DNA of 30,272 nt from Escherichia phage S164, in the sequence record ON239131, one strand, 5' to 3'. The notes below the pieces were generated by a model that worked only from the letters and a program-made list of their open reading frames with translations, was not told where the DNA came from and ran no database searches. This document shows, piece after piece, positions 9,436 to 17,255 of this stretch; position 1 is the first letter of the stretch; each line of letters opens with the position of its first letter. Made by a program: the position numbers and the translations under genes.

Positions 9436-10071
9436 ATGAACACTCTCGCAAATATTCAGGAACTCGCGCGCGCACTGCGCAACATGATTCGCACCGGCCT
9501 TGTCGTCGAAACCGACCTTAACGCCGGTCGCTGCCGTGTGCAGACCGGCGGCATGTGCACCGACTGGCTTCAGTGGCTGACCTGTCGTGCCGGGCGTTCG
9601 CGCACATGGTGGGCACCTTCCGTGGGGGAGCAGGTGCTGATTCTGGCCGTGGGCGGTGAACTTGACACGGCGTTCGTTCTGCCGGGGATTTATTCCGGTG
9701 ATAACCCCTCGCCGTCTGTGTCGGCGGATGCCCTGCATATCCGTTTCCCTGACGGGGCGGTGATTGAATATGAACCCGAAACCAGTGCACTCACGGTAAG
9801 CGGAATTAAAACGGCCAGCGTGACGGCTTCTGATTCTGTTACTGCCACGGTGCCTGTGGTCACGGTGAAAGCGTCAACCCGTGTCACCCTGGACACACCG
9901 GAAGTGGTCTGCACTAACAAACTGACTACCGGCACGCTGGAAGTGCAGAAGGGCGGGACGATGCGCGGCAACATTGAACACACCGGCGGTGAACTCTCAT
10001 CAAACGGTAAGGTACTGCATACCCATAAACACCCCGGCGACAGCGGCGGCACAACCGGGGGACCTCTATGA
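9436..10071 (+). CDS. V: Baseplate central spike/hub protein
   Basis: 211 aa, matching my memory of P2 gpV (MNTLANIQELARALRNMIRTG...). Confidence 0.92.
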   Translation: MNTLANIQELARALRNMIRTGLVVETDLNAGRCRVQTGGMCTDWLQWLTCRAGRSRTWWAPSVGEQVLILAVGGELDTAFVLPGIYSGDNPSPSVSADALHIRFPDGAVIEYEPETSALTVSGIKTASVTASDSVTATVPVVTVKASTRVTLDTPEVVCTNKLTTGTLEVQKGGTMRGNIEHTGGELSSNGKVLHTHKHPGDSGGTTGGPL

Positions 10072-10415
10072 CTGCGCGTTATCTCGGAATGAATCGCAGT
10101 GATGGCCTGACTGTCACTGACCTTGAGCATATCAGCCAGAGTATCGGCGATATCCTGCGCACACCGGTCGGCTCACGGGTGATGCGTCGTGATTACGGCT
10201 CGTTGCTGGCATCAATGATTGACCAGCCGCAGACCCCGGCGCTTGAGTTGCAGATTAAGGTCGCCTGTTACATGGCGGTGCTGAAATGGGAACCCCGCGT
10301 CACCCTGTCATCTGTCACCACGGCGCGCAGCTTTGACGGGCGAATGACGGTCACGTTAACCGGCCAGCACAACGACACCGGCCAGTCACTTTCGTTAACC
10401 ATCCCTGTGAGTTGA
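10068..10415 (+). CDS. W: Baseplate wedge protein (gp25-like)
   Basis: 115 aa in the P2 gpW position, with its start overlapping the V stop (ATGA). Confidence 0.9.
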   Translation: MTARYLGMNRSDGLTVTDLEHISQSIGDILRTPVGSRVMRRDYGSLLASMIDQPQTPALELQIKVACYMAVLKWEPRVTLSSVTTARSFDGRMTVTLTGQHNDTGQSLSLTIPVS

Positions 10416-10419
10416 AACC

Positions 10420-11328
10420 ATGCCGATTATCGACCTGAACCAGCTACCCGCACCGGATGTGGTCGAAGAGCTGGACTTTGAAACCATTCTTGCCGAACGC
10501 AAGGCGACACTGATTTCCCTTTACCCGGAAGACCAGCAGGAGGCGGTCGCCCGTACCCTGACGCTGGAATCCGAGCCTCTCGTCAAGCTGCTGGAGGAAA
10601 ATGCTTATCGTGAGCTTATCTGGCGTCAGCGTGTGAATGAGGCCGCACGGGCGGTGATGCTGGCCTGTGCCGCCGGTAATGACCTTGATGTGATTGGTGC
10701 CAATTACAACACCACGCGCCTGACTATCACCCCGGCAGACGATTCGACCATCCCGCCGACACCGGCAGTGATGGAATCTGACACCGATTATCGGTTGCGT
10801 ATTCAGCAGGCGTTTGAAGGTTTAAGCGTCGCCGGGTCGGTGGGTGCCTATCAGTATCATGGTCGCAGTGCTGACGGGCGTGTCGCCGATATTTCTGTCA
10901 CCAGTCCGTCTCCGGCCTGCGTTACTATCTCTGTGCTGTCACGTGAAAATAACGGCGTCGCATCCGAAGACCTGCTGGCTGTGGTGCGTAACGCCCTTAA
11001 TGGCGAGGACGTCAGGCCGGTGGCCGACCGCGTGACCGTGCAGTCTGCCGCCATTGTTGAATACCAGATAAACGCCACGCTTTACCTTTACCCTGGTCCC
11101 GAAAGCGAACCCATCCGCGCTGCTGCCGTGAAAAAACTGGAAGCGTACATCACGGCACAGCACCGGCTGGGGCGCGATATCCGTCTGTCTGCCATTTATG
11201 CCGCTTTGCATGTGGAAGGCGTGCAGCGTGTCGAACTGGCTGCACCGCTGGCCGACATCGTGCTCAACAGTACGCAGGCGTCTTTCTGTACCGAATACCG
11301 CGTCGTGACCGGAGGCTCGGATGAGTGA
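10420..11328 (+). CDS. J: Baseplate wedge protein J
   Basis: 302 aa, matching P2 gpJ in position and length. Confidence 0.9.
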   Translation: MPIIDLNQLPAPDVVEELDFETILAERKATLISLYPEDQQEAVARTLTLESEPLVKLLEENAYRELIWRQRVNEAARAVMLACAAGNDLDVIGANYNTTRLTITPADDSTIPPTPAVMESDTDYRLRIQQAFEGLSVAGSVGAYQYHGRSADGRVADISVTSPSPACVTISVLSRENNGVASEDLLAVVRNALNGEDVRPVADRVTVQSAAIVEYQINATLYLYPGPESEPIRAAAVKKLEAYITAQHRLGRDIRLSAIYAALHVEGVQRVELAAPLADIVLNSTQASFCTEYRVVTGGSDE

Positions 11329-11932
11329 TTCGCGCCTGCTGCCGACCGGCTCATCACCGCTTGAGGTCGCCGCCGCAAAAGCCTGTGCGGAAATTGAAAA
11401 AACGCCGGTCAGTATTCGTGAGCTGTGGAACCCGGACACCTGCCCGGCAAATCTGCTGCCGTGGCTGGCGTGGTCATTTTCGGTTGACCGCTGGGATGAT
11501 AAGTGGCCGGAAGCGACAAAACGCGCTGTTATCCGCGATGCGTATTTCATTCACTGCCATAAGGGCACTATAGGCGCAATCCGGCGTGTGGTGGAGCCGC
11601 TCGGCTATCTGATTGAGGTGAGGGAGTGGTGGCAACTCAACGAGGAGCCGGGGACGTTCCGCATCGTTGTTGGCGTGCTTGAGCAGGGTATTACCGAGGA
11701 AATGTATCAGGAGCTGGAGCGTCTCGTTGCTGATGCAAAACCTGCAAGCCGCCATCTGACGGGACTGGCTATCAGTTTAAGTACAACCGGCAACATTTTT
11801 GCCGGTGCGGGATGCTATCACGGCGACGCCCTGACGGTTTATCCCTACACCCCGGAGGCCATTATTGTCGGAGGGGATTATTTCCCGGCCTCGGCCATTC
11901 ATTTAATTGATAACCTGAGAGTAAACGCATGA
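11321..11932 (+). CDS. I: Baseplate / tail-fibre attachment protein I (variant C-terminus)
   Basis: The first ~100 residues match my memory of P2 gpI. From about EWW onward the sequence diverges, and the protein is 203 aa rather than the 176 aa I recall for P2. Confidence 0.85.
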   Translation: MSDSRLLPTGSSPLEVAAAKACAEIEKTPVSIRELWNPDTCPANLLPWLAWSFSVDRWDDKWPEATKRAVIRDAYFIHCHKGTIGAIRRVVEPLGYLIEVREWWQLNEEPGTFRIVVGVLEQGITEEMYQELERLVADAKPASRHLTGLAISLSTTGNIFAGAGCYHGDALTVYPYTPEAIIVGGDYFPASAIHLIDNLRVNA

Positions 11933-13344
11933 CAGTGAAATACTACGCCATTCTGACTAATCAGGGCGCGGCACGGCTGGCTAACGCGACGATGCTCGGA
12001 AGTAAGCTGAATCTGACGCAAATGGCCGTTGGTGATGCGAATGGTGTCTTGCCGACACCAGACCCGGCACAGACAAAGCTGATTAATCAGAAACGCATTG
12101 CACCGCTGAATCTTCTGAGTGTTGACCCGAACAACCAGAGCCAGATTATTGCGGAGCAAATCATCCCTGAGAACGAGGGCGGATTCTGGATCCGTGAGAT
12201 TGGGCTTTATGATGATGAAGGCGTACTCATTGCGGTGGCGAACTGCCCGGAAACGTACAAACCGCAGTTGCAGGAAGGCAGTGGTCGTACCCAGACTATC
12301 CGCATGATTCTGGTTGTCACGAACACCGAAGCCATCACGCTGAAAATCGACCCGTCGGTGGTACTGGCGACCCGTAAATACGTGGATGATAAGGTCCTGG
12401 AATTAAAGCTGTATGTGGATGACCAGATGAGAAACCACATTGCCGCACAGGATCCTCATACCCAGTATGCACAGAAACATAATCCGACATTTACCGGAGA
12501 ACCAAAAGCGCCGACGCCTGCCGCAGGAAATAACACCACGCGGATTGCGACTACTGCGTTTGTTCAGGCCGCTATTACCGCTCTGATTAACGGTGCGCCA
12601 GCCACGCTGGACACACTGAAAGAAATTGCCGCAGCCATTAACAATGACCCGAAATTCAGTACCACCATTAACAATGCGCTGGCACTAAAAGCCCCGCTGT
12701 CGAGTCCGGCACTCACCGGAACGCCAACAGCACCTACTGCGGCACAGTCGGTCAACAATACACAGATTGCCACCACGGCTTTTGTGAAATCAGCAATTGC
12801 GGCAATGGTGGGTTCTGCCCCTGCGGCACTGGATACACTGAATGAACTGGCGGCGGCGCTGGGGAATGACCCTAACTTTTCAACAACAGTGCTTAATGCA
12901 CTGGCAGGTAAACAACCGCTGGACAATACGCTGACTAATTTGAGTGGAAAGGATGTAGCTGGTCTTCTCGCATACCTTCAATTGGGAGAAGCGGCAAAAC
13001 GTAATGTCGGCACCGGTGCAAACCAGATACCGGACATGAACAGTTTTACGTCAGGAAGTACGACAACAGCAGACTGGTACAAGTTACCTGGTGGGTTGCT
13101 TATTCAGTCAGGGATTAATGCGGTTGGTTATATTGGTTCGCCGTTTACTATCGGTCTTCCGGTTGCATTTTCGAACGCCAATTACCGCATAGTTGCCAGT
13201 TATGACAACGCGAGAGCTAACGCAACCTACGGTTTTGCAATGTCTGCCCTCCCGTCAACTGCATCAGCATTCACAATTAACTCAAGTTCAAATGCATCAG
13301 TCGGGCCGGTTTACGCTTACTGGATTGCAATCGGTAAATACTAA
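11929..13344 (+). CDS. H: Tail fibre protein, currently expressed form (constant part 11929..12978 plus variable tip 12979..13344)
   Basis: 471 aa. The N-terminus carries the conserved GGFWIREIGLYDDEGVLIAVAN motif of P2 H / Mu S / P1 S-type fibres. There are two tandem fibre repeats, and an invertase crossover site lies inside the gene at 12965..12990. Confidence 0.9.
   Translation: MTVKYYAILTNQGAARLANATMLGSKLNLTQMAVGDANGVLPTPDPAQTKLINQKRIAPLNLLSVDPNNQSQIIAEQIIPENEGGFWIREIGLYDDEGVLIAVANCPETYKPQLQEGSGRTQTIRMILVVTNTEAITLKIDPSVVLATRKYVDDKVLELKLYVDDQMRNHIAAQDPHTQYAQKHNPTFTGEPKAPTPAAGNNTTRIATTAFVQAAITALINGAPATLDTLKEIAAAINNDPKFSTTINNALALKAPLSSPALTGTPTAPTAAQSVNNTQIATTAFVKSAIAAMVGSAPAALDTLNELAAALGNDPNFSTTVLNALAGKQPLDNTLTNLSGKDVAGLLAYLQLGEAAKRNVGTGANQIPDMNSFTSGSTTTADWYKLPGGLLIQSGINAVGYIGSPFTIGLPVAFSNANYRIVASYDNARANATYGFAMSALPSTASAFTINSSSNASVGPVYAYWIAIGKY
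12481..12921 (+). repeat. Tandem ~73-aa tail-fibre repeat inside H (2 copies: 12481..12699 and 12700..12921)
   Basis: NPTFTGEPKAPTPAAGNNTTRIATTAFVQAAITALINGAPATLDTLKEIAAAINNDPKFSTTINNALALKAPL aligns with SSPALTGTPTAPTAAQSVNNTQIATTAFVKSAIAAMVGSAPAALDTLNELAAALGNDPNFSTTVLNALAGKQPL. Confidence 0.85.
12965..12990 (+). promoter_or_regulatory. Left 26-bp DNA-invertase crossover site (hix/gix/cix-like) inside H
   Basis: TTCTCGCATACC-TT-CAATTGGGAGAA. It has TTCTC...GAGAA ends and a central TT, and it matches the reverse complement of the site at 14316..14341 at 17 of 26 positions. It resembles the Hin/Gin half-site TT(A/C)TCnnAAACC. Confidence 0.75.
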
Positions 13345-13356
13345 AAGGCAAATATC

Positions 13357-13779
13357 ATGGGTGAAACAGATTATATTTTCAGTGCGTTCCTGAATGGTTT
13401 TTTACCGCTGGCGTGGAAAGAAGAGAAAGAGGCAACAGGTTCGTGGCCTGATGACGCAATTGAAATAAGCTATGAAGATTATTTGAAGTTTACGACCGAT
13501 GCGCCGAAGGGAAAAATATTGGGTTCGGTTGACGGGCGACCGGCATGGGTTGATATCCCACCGCCGACACATGAAGAACTGATTGCCAGTGCAGAAGCAA
13601 CAAGATTAAGACTGAAGGCTAATGCAGATGCTGAAATCGGCTGGCGACAGGATGCCGTTGATGCGGGCATTGCGACGGACGAGGAAACCGCCATACTCGC
13701 CGAGTGGAAAAAATACCGGGTCTTGCTGATGCGCGTCGACACAGCAAAACCCGTATGGCCTACGCTTCCGACTGCATAA
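13357..13779 (+). CDS. Tail fibre assembly chaperone (Tfa; functional analogue of P2 G / Mu U)
   Basis: 140 aa. The C-terminal part (ATDEETAILAEWKKYRVLLMRVDTAKPVWPTLP) carries the W-K-x-Y-R-x-x-L-x-R-V-D signature shared by lambda Tfa, P2 G and Mu U. It lies directly after the fibre gene. Confidence 0.85.
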   Translation: MGETDYIFSAFLNGFLPLAWKEEKEATGSWPDDAIEISYEDYLKFTTDAPKGKILGSVDGRPAWVDIPPPTHEELIASAEATRLRLKANADAEIGWRQDAVDAGIATDEETAILAEWKKYRVLLMRVDTAKPVWPTLPTA

Positions 13780-13945
13780 TATCAATTAATATCGGTTCGC
13801 CGTTCTCATCGACGGCGAGCATTTTCCCAGCCGGTATTTCTGTTGCGGTAAAAAACCAGTTATCATCCGGCAGTTCTACGGCCCCTTCAGTGCTATGAAT
13901 GCCGGGGATAACTTCATTAAGTGTCTCAGGATTAAAAAGGCGCAT
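13760..13945 (-). CDS. Alternative tail fibre assembly protein, N-terminal domain only (61 aa; truncated or remnant)
   Basis: Start taken at MRLFNPETLNEV..., with the ATG at 13945 overlapping the end of the alternative fibre tip. It ends ...ENGEPILIDIMQSEA*, exactly where full-length Tfa proteins continue into the conserved C-terminal domain. Its last 20 nt overlap the 3' end of the plus-strand tfa. Confidence 0.6.
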   Translation of the reverse strand: MRLFNPETLNEVIPGIHSTEGAVELPDDNWFFTATEIPAGKMLAVDENGEPILIDIMQSEA

Positions 13946-14327
13946 AGCGAGCACTCCAATAAAAACCGTCAGCGGATGTTGTTCCATCAGATCGTAATAC
14001 AAGAAAAGTAGCTTTTGTTGCATCAGTTAAATCAGTTATGACCATCGGTACCCTGACCTTATAAGGGGTTGCTGATGACAATAACAGCGGAGTGGTAGTG
14101 ATAACCTGTGCAGGAGCAGGCAGAGAAATCGGATAATAAACCGCAGCATTTCCCGATATGTTAGCCACAGCATTTCCCCACACCTCTATAGTGCCATCGC
14201 TCCAGATTCGGTATTTACCATTCGCATTCGAGCCTGTTTTAGTCACCACGGCACATTTATCTGTATCGGTATTAACGTTACCAATCAGTGCCAATTTTCC
14301 ACTGGTATTTCCCGCTTCTGCTAAACG
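13932..14327 (-). CDS. Silent alternative tail-fibre C-terminal tip (Hv'), with no start of its own; expressed only after inversion
   Basis: The minus-strand frame reads RLAEAGNTSGKLALIGNVNTDTDK...FYWSARYAPF* (131 codons) from the crossover site. It is in the same codon phase as H at the left site, so inversion would produce a 481-aa fibre. Confidence 0.75.
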   Translation of the reverse strand, partial: RLAEAGNTSGKLALIGNVNTDTDKCAVVTKTGSNANGKYRIWSDGTIEVWGNAVANISGNAAVYYPISLPAPAQVITTTPLLLSSATPYKVRVPMVITDLTDATKATFLVLRSDGTTSADGFYWSARYAPF

Positions 14328-14341
14328 AACGTTTATGAAAA
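14316..14341 (-). promoter_or_regulatory. Right 26-bp DNA-invertase crossover site (inverted relative to the left site)
   Basis: On the minus strand: TTTTCATAAACG-TT-CGTTTAGCAGAA. The half-sites TTTTCATAAACG and TTCTGCTAAACG are near-symmetric and fit the Hin/Gin/Cin consensus. The central TT is identical to that of the left site. Confidence 0.8.
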
Positions 14342-14396
14342 TGCAGAGATAACGGGTAACTGGCATCATCTCCGGTTTTTATTCAGGGGGATGCTC

Positions 14397-14990
14397 ATGC
14401 TTATTGGCTATGTACGCGTGTCAACAAATGACCAGAACACGGAATTGCAGCGTAACGCGCTGGAGTGCGCGGGATGTGAGCGGATTTTTGAGGACAAAAT
14501 CAGCGGCACGAAGTCCGACCGACCGGGACTGAAAAAACTGCTCAGAACATTATCAGCAGGTGACACTCTGGTAGTCTGGAAGCTGGACAGGCTGGGGCGT
14601 AGTATGCGGCATCTGGTCATTCTGGTTGAGGAACTGCGCGAACGCGGCGTTAATTTTCGCAGCCTGACAGATGCTATTGATACCAGCACGCCGATGGGGC
14701 GTTTTTTCTTTCATGTGATGGGTGCCCTGGCTGAAATGGAGCGAGAACTCATTGTCGAGCGGACACGCGCCGGACTGGAAGCGGCCAGAGCTAAAGGTCG
14801 TATTGGTGGCAGACGTCCGAAACTCACCGCGAGTGAGTGGGAGCAGGCCGGGCGGTTGCTGGCTGCAGGGGAATCACGTCAACGCGTGGCACTGATTTTT
14901 GATATTGGCCTGTCCACGCTCTATAAAAAATTCCCCGCCTCAGTGACAAAAAATAAATTGTGTCATCCCTTAGCCAACCGGGACAAATAG
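14397..14990 (+). CDS. Serine DNA invertase (Hin/Gin/Cin/Pin family)
   Basis: MLIGYVRVSTNDQNT...DRPGL...GDTLVVWKLDRLGRSM...MGRFFFHVMGALAEMERELIVERT...GRIGGRRPKL...STLYKKFPA is collinear with Gin and Hin. The catalytic Ser is present in the YVRVST motif. I preferred the second ATG (14397) because of its spacing from the GGGGG Shine-Dalgarno sequence. Confidence 0.93.
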   Translation: MLIGYVRVSTNDQNTELQRNALECAGCERIFEDKISGTKSDRPGLKKLLRTLSAGDTLVVWKLDRLGRSMRHLVILVEELRERGVNFRSLTDAIDTSTPMGRFFFHVMGALAEMERELIVERTRAGLEAARAKGRIGGRRPKLTASEWEQAGRLLAAGESRQRVALIFDIGLSTLYKKFPASVTKNKLCHPLANRDK

Positions 14991-15049
14991 CCTGACATCT
15001 CCGGCACAACTGAAAATATCACTCACCCATTAACCACGGAGTTAAACGG
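14958..15049 (+). promoter_or_regulatory. Candidate Ogr-dependent late promoter PF region
   Basis: TTGTGTCATCCCTTAGCCAACC at 14958..14979 is shared with the PO and PV upstream regions. An AT-rich -10-like sequence, AAATATCAC, lies around 15014..15022, about 50 nt downstream. This is consistent with P2 late promoters, which carry an upstream activator site near -55. The region precedes FI. Confidence 0.5.
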
Positions 15050-16240
15050 ATGAGTGACTATCATCACGGCGTGCAGGTGCTGGAGATTAACGACGGCACC
15101 CGCGTCATTTCCACCGTATCCACTGCCATTGTCGGCATGGTCTGCACGGCCAGCGATGCGGATGCGGAAACCTTCCCCCTCAATAAACCGGTGCTGATTA
15201 CCAATGTGCAGAGCGCAATTGCAAAGGCCGGTAAAAAAGGCACGCTGGCGGCATCGTTGCAGGCCATCGCCGACCAGTCAAAACCGGTCACCGTTGTCGT
15301 GCGTGTGGAAGACGGCACCGGCGACGACGAGGAAACGAAACTCGCGCAGACCGTTTCCAATATCATCGGCACCACTGACGAAAACGGTCAGTACACCGGA
15401 CTGAAAGCCCTGCTGGCGGCGGAGTCGGTAACCGGTGTTAAACCGCGTATTCTTGGTGTGCCGGGGCTGGATACCAAAGAGGTGGCTGTTGCACTGGCAT
15501 CAGTCTGTCAGAAGCTGCGCGCTTTCGGATATATCAGCGCATGGGGCTGTAAAACCATTTCCGAGGTGAAAGCCTACCGCCAGAATTTCAGCCAGCGTGA
15601 GCTGATGGTCATCTGGCCGGATTTCCTCGCATGGGATACGGTCACCAGTACCACCGCCACCGCGTATGCCACCGCCCGTGCGCTGGGTCTGCGCGCTAAA
15701 GTCGACCAGGAGCAGGGCTGGCATAAAACGCTGTCCAACGTCGGGGTAAACGGTGTTACCGGCATCAGCGCCTCTGTATTCTGGGATTTGCAGGAGTCCG
15801 GCACCGATGCTGACCTGCTTAACGAGTCAGGCGTCACTACGCTGATTCGCCGCGACGGTTTCCGATTCTGGGGTAACCGTACCTGCTCTGATGACCCGCT
15901 GTTCCTCTTTGAAAACTACACCCGCACCGCGCAGGTGCTGGCCGACACGATGGCTGAGGCGCACATGTGGGCGGTGGACAAGCCCATCACCGCAACGCTG
16001 ATTCGCGACATCGTTGACGGCATCAATGCCAAATTCCGTGAGCTGAAAACAAACGGCTATATCGTGGATGCGACCTGCTGGTTCAGCGAAGAATCCAACG
16101 ATGCGGAAACCCTCAAGGCCGGAAAACTGTATATCGACTACGACTATACCCCGGTGCCTCCTCTCGAAAACCTGACCCTGCGCCAGCGTATTACCGATAA
16201 ATACCTGGCAAATCTGGTCACCTCGGTTAACAGCAATTAA
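15050..16240 (+). CDS. FI: Contractile tail sheath protein
   Basis: 396 aa, with P2 gpFI sequence and position. Confidence 0.93.
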   Translation: MSDYHHGVQVLEINDGTRVISTVSTAIVGMVCTASDADAETFPLNKPVLITNVQSAIAKAGKKGTLAASLQAIADQSKPVTVVVRVEDGTGDDEETKLAQTVSNIIGTTDENGQYTGLKALLAAESVTGVKPRILGVPGLDTKEVAVALASVCQKLRAFGYISAWGCKTISEVKAYRQNFSQRELMVIWPDFLAWDTVTSTTATAYATARALGLRAKVDQEQGWHKTLSNVGVNGVTGISASVFWDLQESGTDADLLNESGVTTLIRRDGFRFWGNRTCSDDPLFLFENYTRTAQVLADTMAEAHMWAVDKPITATLIRDIVDGINAKFRELKTNGYIVDATCWFSEESNDAETLKAGKLYIDYDYTPVPPLENLTLRQRITDKYLANLVTSVNSN

Positions 16241-16252
16241 GGAGCCTGACCG

Positions 16253-16771
16253 ATGGCAATGCCGCGCAAACTCAAGTTAATGAACGTCTTTCTGAACGGC
16301 TACAGCTATCAGGGCGTTGCAAAGTCCGTCACGCTGCCAAAACTGACCCGTAAGCTTGAAAACTATCGCGGTGCGGGGATGAACGGCAGCGCACCGGTAG
16401 ACCTCGGCCTTGATGACGATGCGCTGTCAATGGAGTGGTCGCTCGGGGGCTTCCCGGATTCGGTTATTTGGGAGCTTTACGCCGCAACCGGTGTGGATGC
16501 CGTACCGATTCGTTTTGCAGGCTCTTACCAGCGCGACGATACCGGCGAAACGGTGGCCGTCGAGGTGGTCATGCGTGGCCGTCAGAAAGAAATCGACACC
16601 GGCGAGGGTAAACAGGGAGAAGACACCGAGTCGAAAATCTCCGTGGTCTGCACCTATTTCCGGCTGACGATGGACGGTAAGGAGCTGGTCGAAATCGACA
16701 CCATCAACATGATTGAGAAGGTGAACGGCGTCGACCGGCTGGAGCAACACCGCCGCAATATCGGCCTGTGA
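16253..16771 (+). CDS. FII: Tail tube protein
   Basis: 172 aa, with P2 gpFII sequence and position. Confidence 0.93.
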   Translation: MAMPRKLKLMNVFLNGYSYQGVAKSVTLPKLTRKLENYRGAGMNGSAPVDLGLDDDALSMEWSLGGFPDSVIWELYAATGVDAVPIRFAGSYQRDDTGETVAVEVVMRGRQKEIDTGEGKQGEDTESKISVVCTYFRLTMDGKELVEIDTINMIEKVNGVDRLEQHRRNIGL

Positions 16772-16827
16772 TTTTCATCCGGTCAGCCAGGCTGACCGGT
16801 TAACCCTGATTCAGAAGTGAGAAAACC

Positions 16828-17103
16828 ATGAACAAAGAAAATGTGATTACCCTGGACAATCCGGTCAAACGTGGTGAGCAGGTTATCGAACAGGTCACGC
16901 TGATGAAACCCAATGCCGGGACGCTACGCGGTGTCAGTCTGGCTGCGGTTGCAAACTCCGAAGTCGATGCACTGATTAAGGTGCTGCCGCGCATGACGGC
17001 ACCGATGCTGACCGAGCAGGAAGTCGCCGCGCTGGAACTGCCTGACCTTGTGGCGCTGGCCGGTAAGGTGGTCGGTTTTTTGTCGCCGAACTCGGTGCAG
17101 TGA
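16828..17103 (+). CDS. E: Tail assembly chaperone E
   Basis: 91 aa, located upstream of the tape measure gene. It contains the slippery heptamer near its 3' end. Confidence 0.88.
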   Translation: MNKENVITLDNPVKRGEQVIEQVTLMKPNAGTLRGVSLAAVANSEVDALIKVLPRMTAPMLTEQEVAALELPDLVALAGKVVGFLSPNSVQ

Positions 17104-17255
17104 CGTTTCCGAAAAATCTCTCGGTCGATGACCTGATGGCGGATGTGGCAGTGATATTTCACTGGCCGCCATCAGAACTGTATCCCATGAGCCTGACCGA
17201 ACTCATCACATGGCGCGAAAAGGCGCTCCGGCGAAGCGGAAACACGAATGAGTAA
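16828..17255 (+). CDS. E+E': Tail assembly chaperone E+E' (programmed -1 frameshift product, 142 aa)
   Basis: After a -1 slip on T_TTT_TTG (17076..17082), the -1 frame is open from 17082 to the TAA at 17253..17255 (...VAELGAVTFPKNLSVDDLMADVAVIFHWPPSELYPMSLTELITWREKALRRSGNTNE*). That gives 85 + 57 codons, matching the P2 E+E' arrangement. Confidence 0.8.
17076..17082 (+). promoter_or_regulatory. -1 ribosomal frameshift slippery heptamer T_TTT_TTG
   Basis: ggT TTT TTG in the E zero frame. This is the canonical X_XXY_YYZ site found in tail chaperone genes. Confidence 0.8.

Larger units (their letters stand above)
12965..14341. mobile_element. Invertible tail-fibre (host-range) segment, about 1.35 kb between the crossover centres 12977/12978 and 14328/14329
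   Basis: Bounded by inverted 26-bp crossover sites. It contains the fibre tip and chaperone on the plus strand and an alternative tip and chaperone fragment on the minus strand. A serine invertase gene lies immediately outside. This is the same architecture as the Mu G and P1 C segments. Confidence 0.8.

Noticed and set aside
13778-13791. A possible third invertase crossover site at the tfa/tfa' junction (the palindrome ATATCAATTAATAT), which would make this a multi-inversion shufflon.
   Set aside because: It has no TT(A/C)TC...GA(G/T)AA ends or AAACC half-site character. It is only a 14-bp AT-rich imperfect palindrome. It more likely marks a deletion joint or simply the convergent gene ends.
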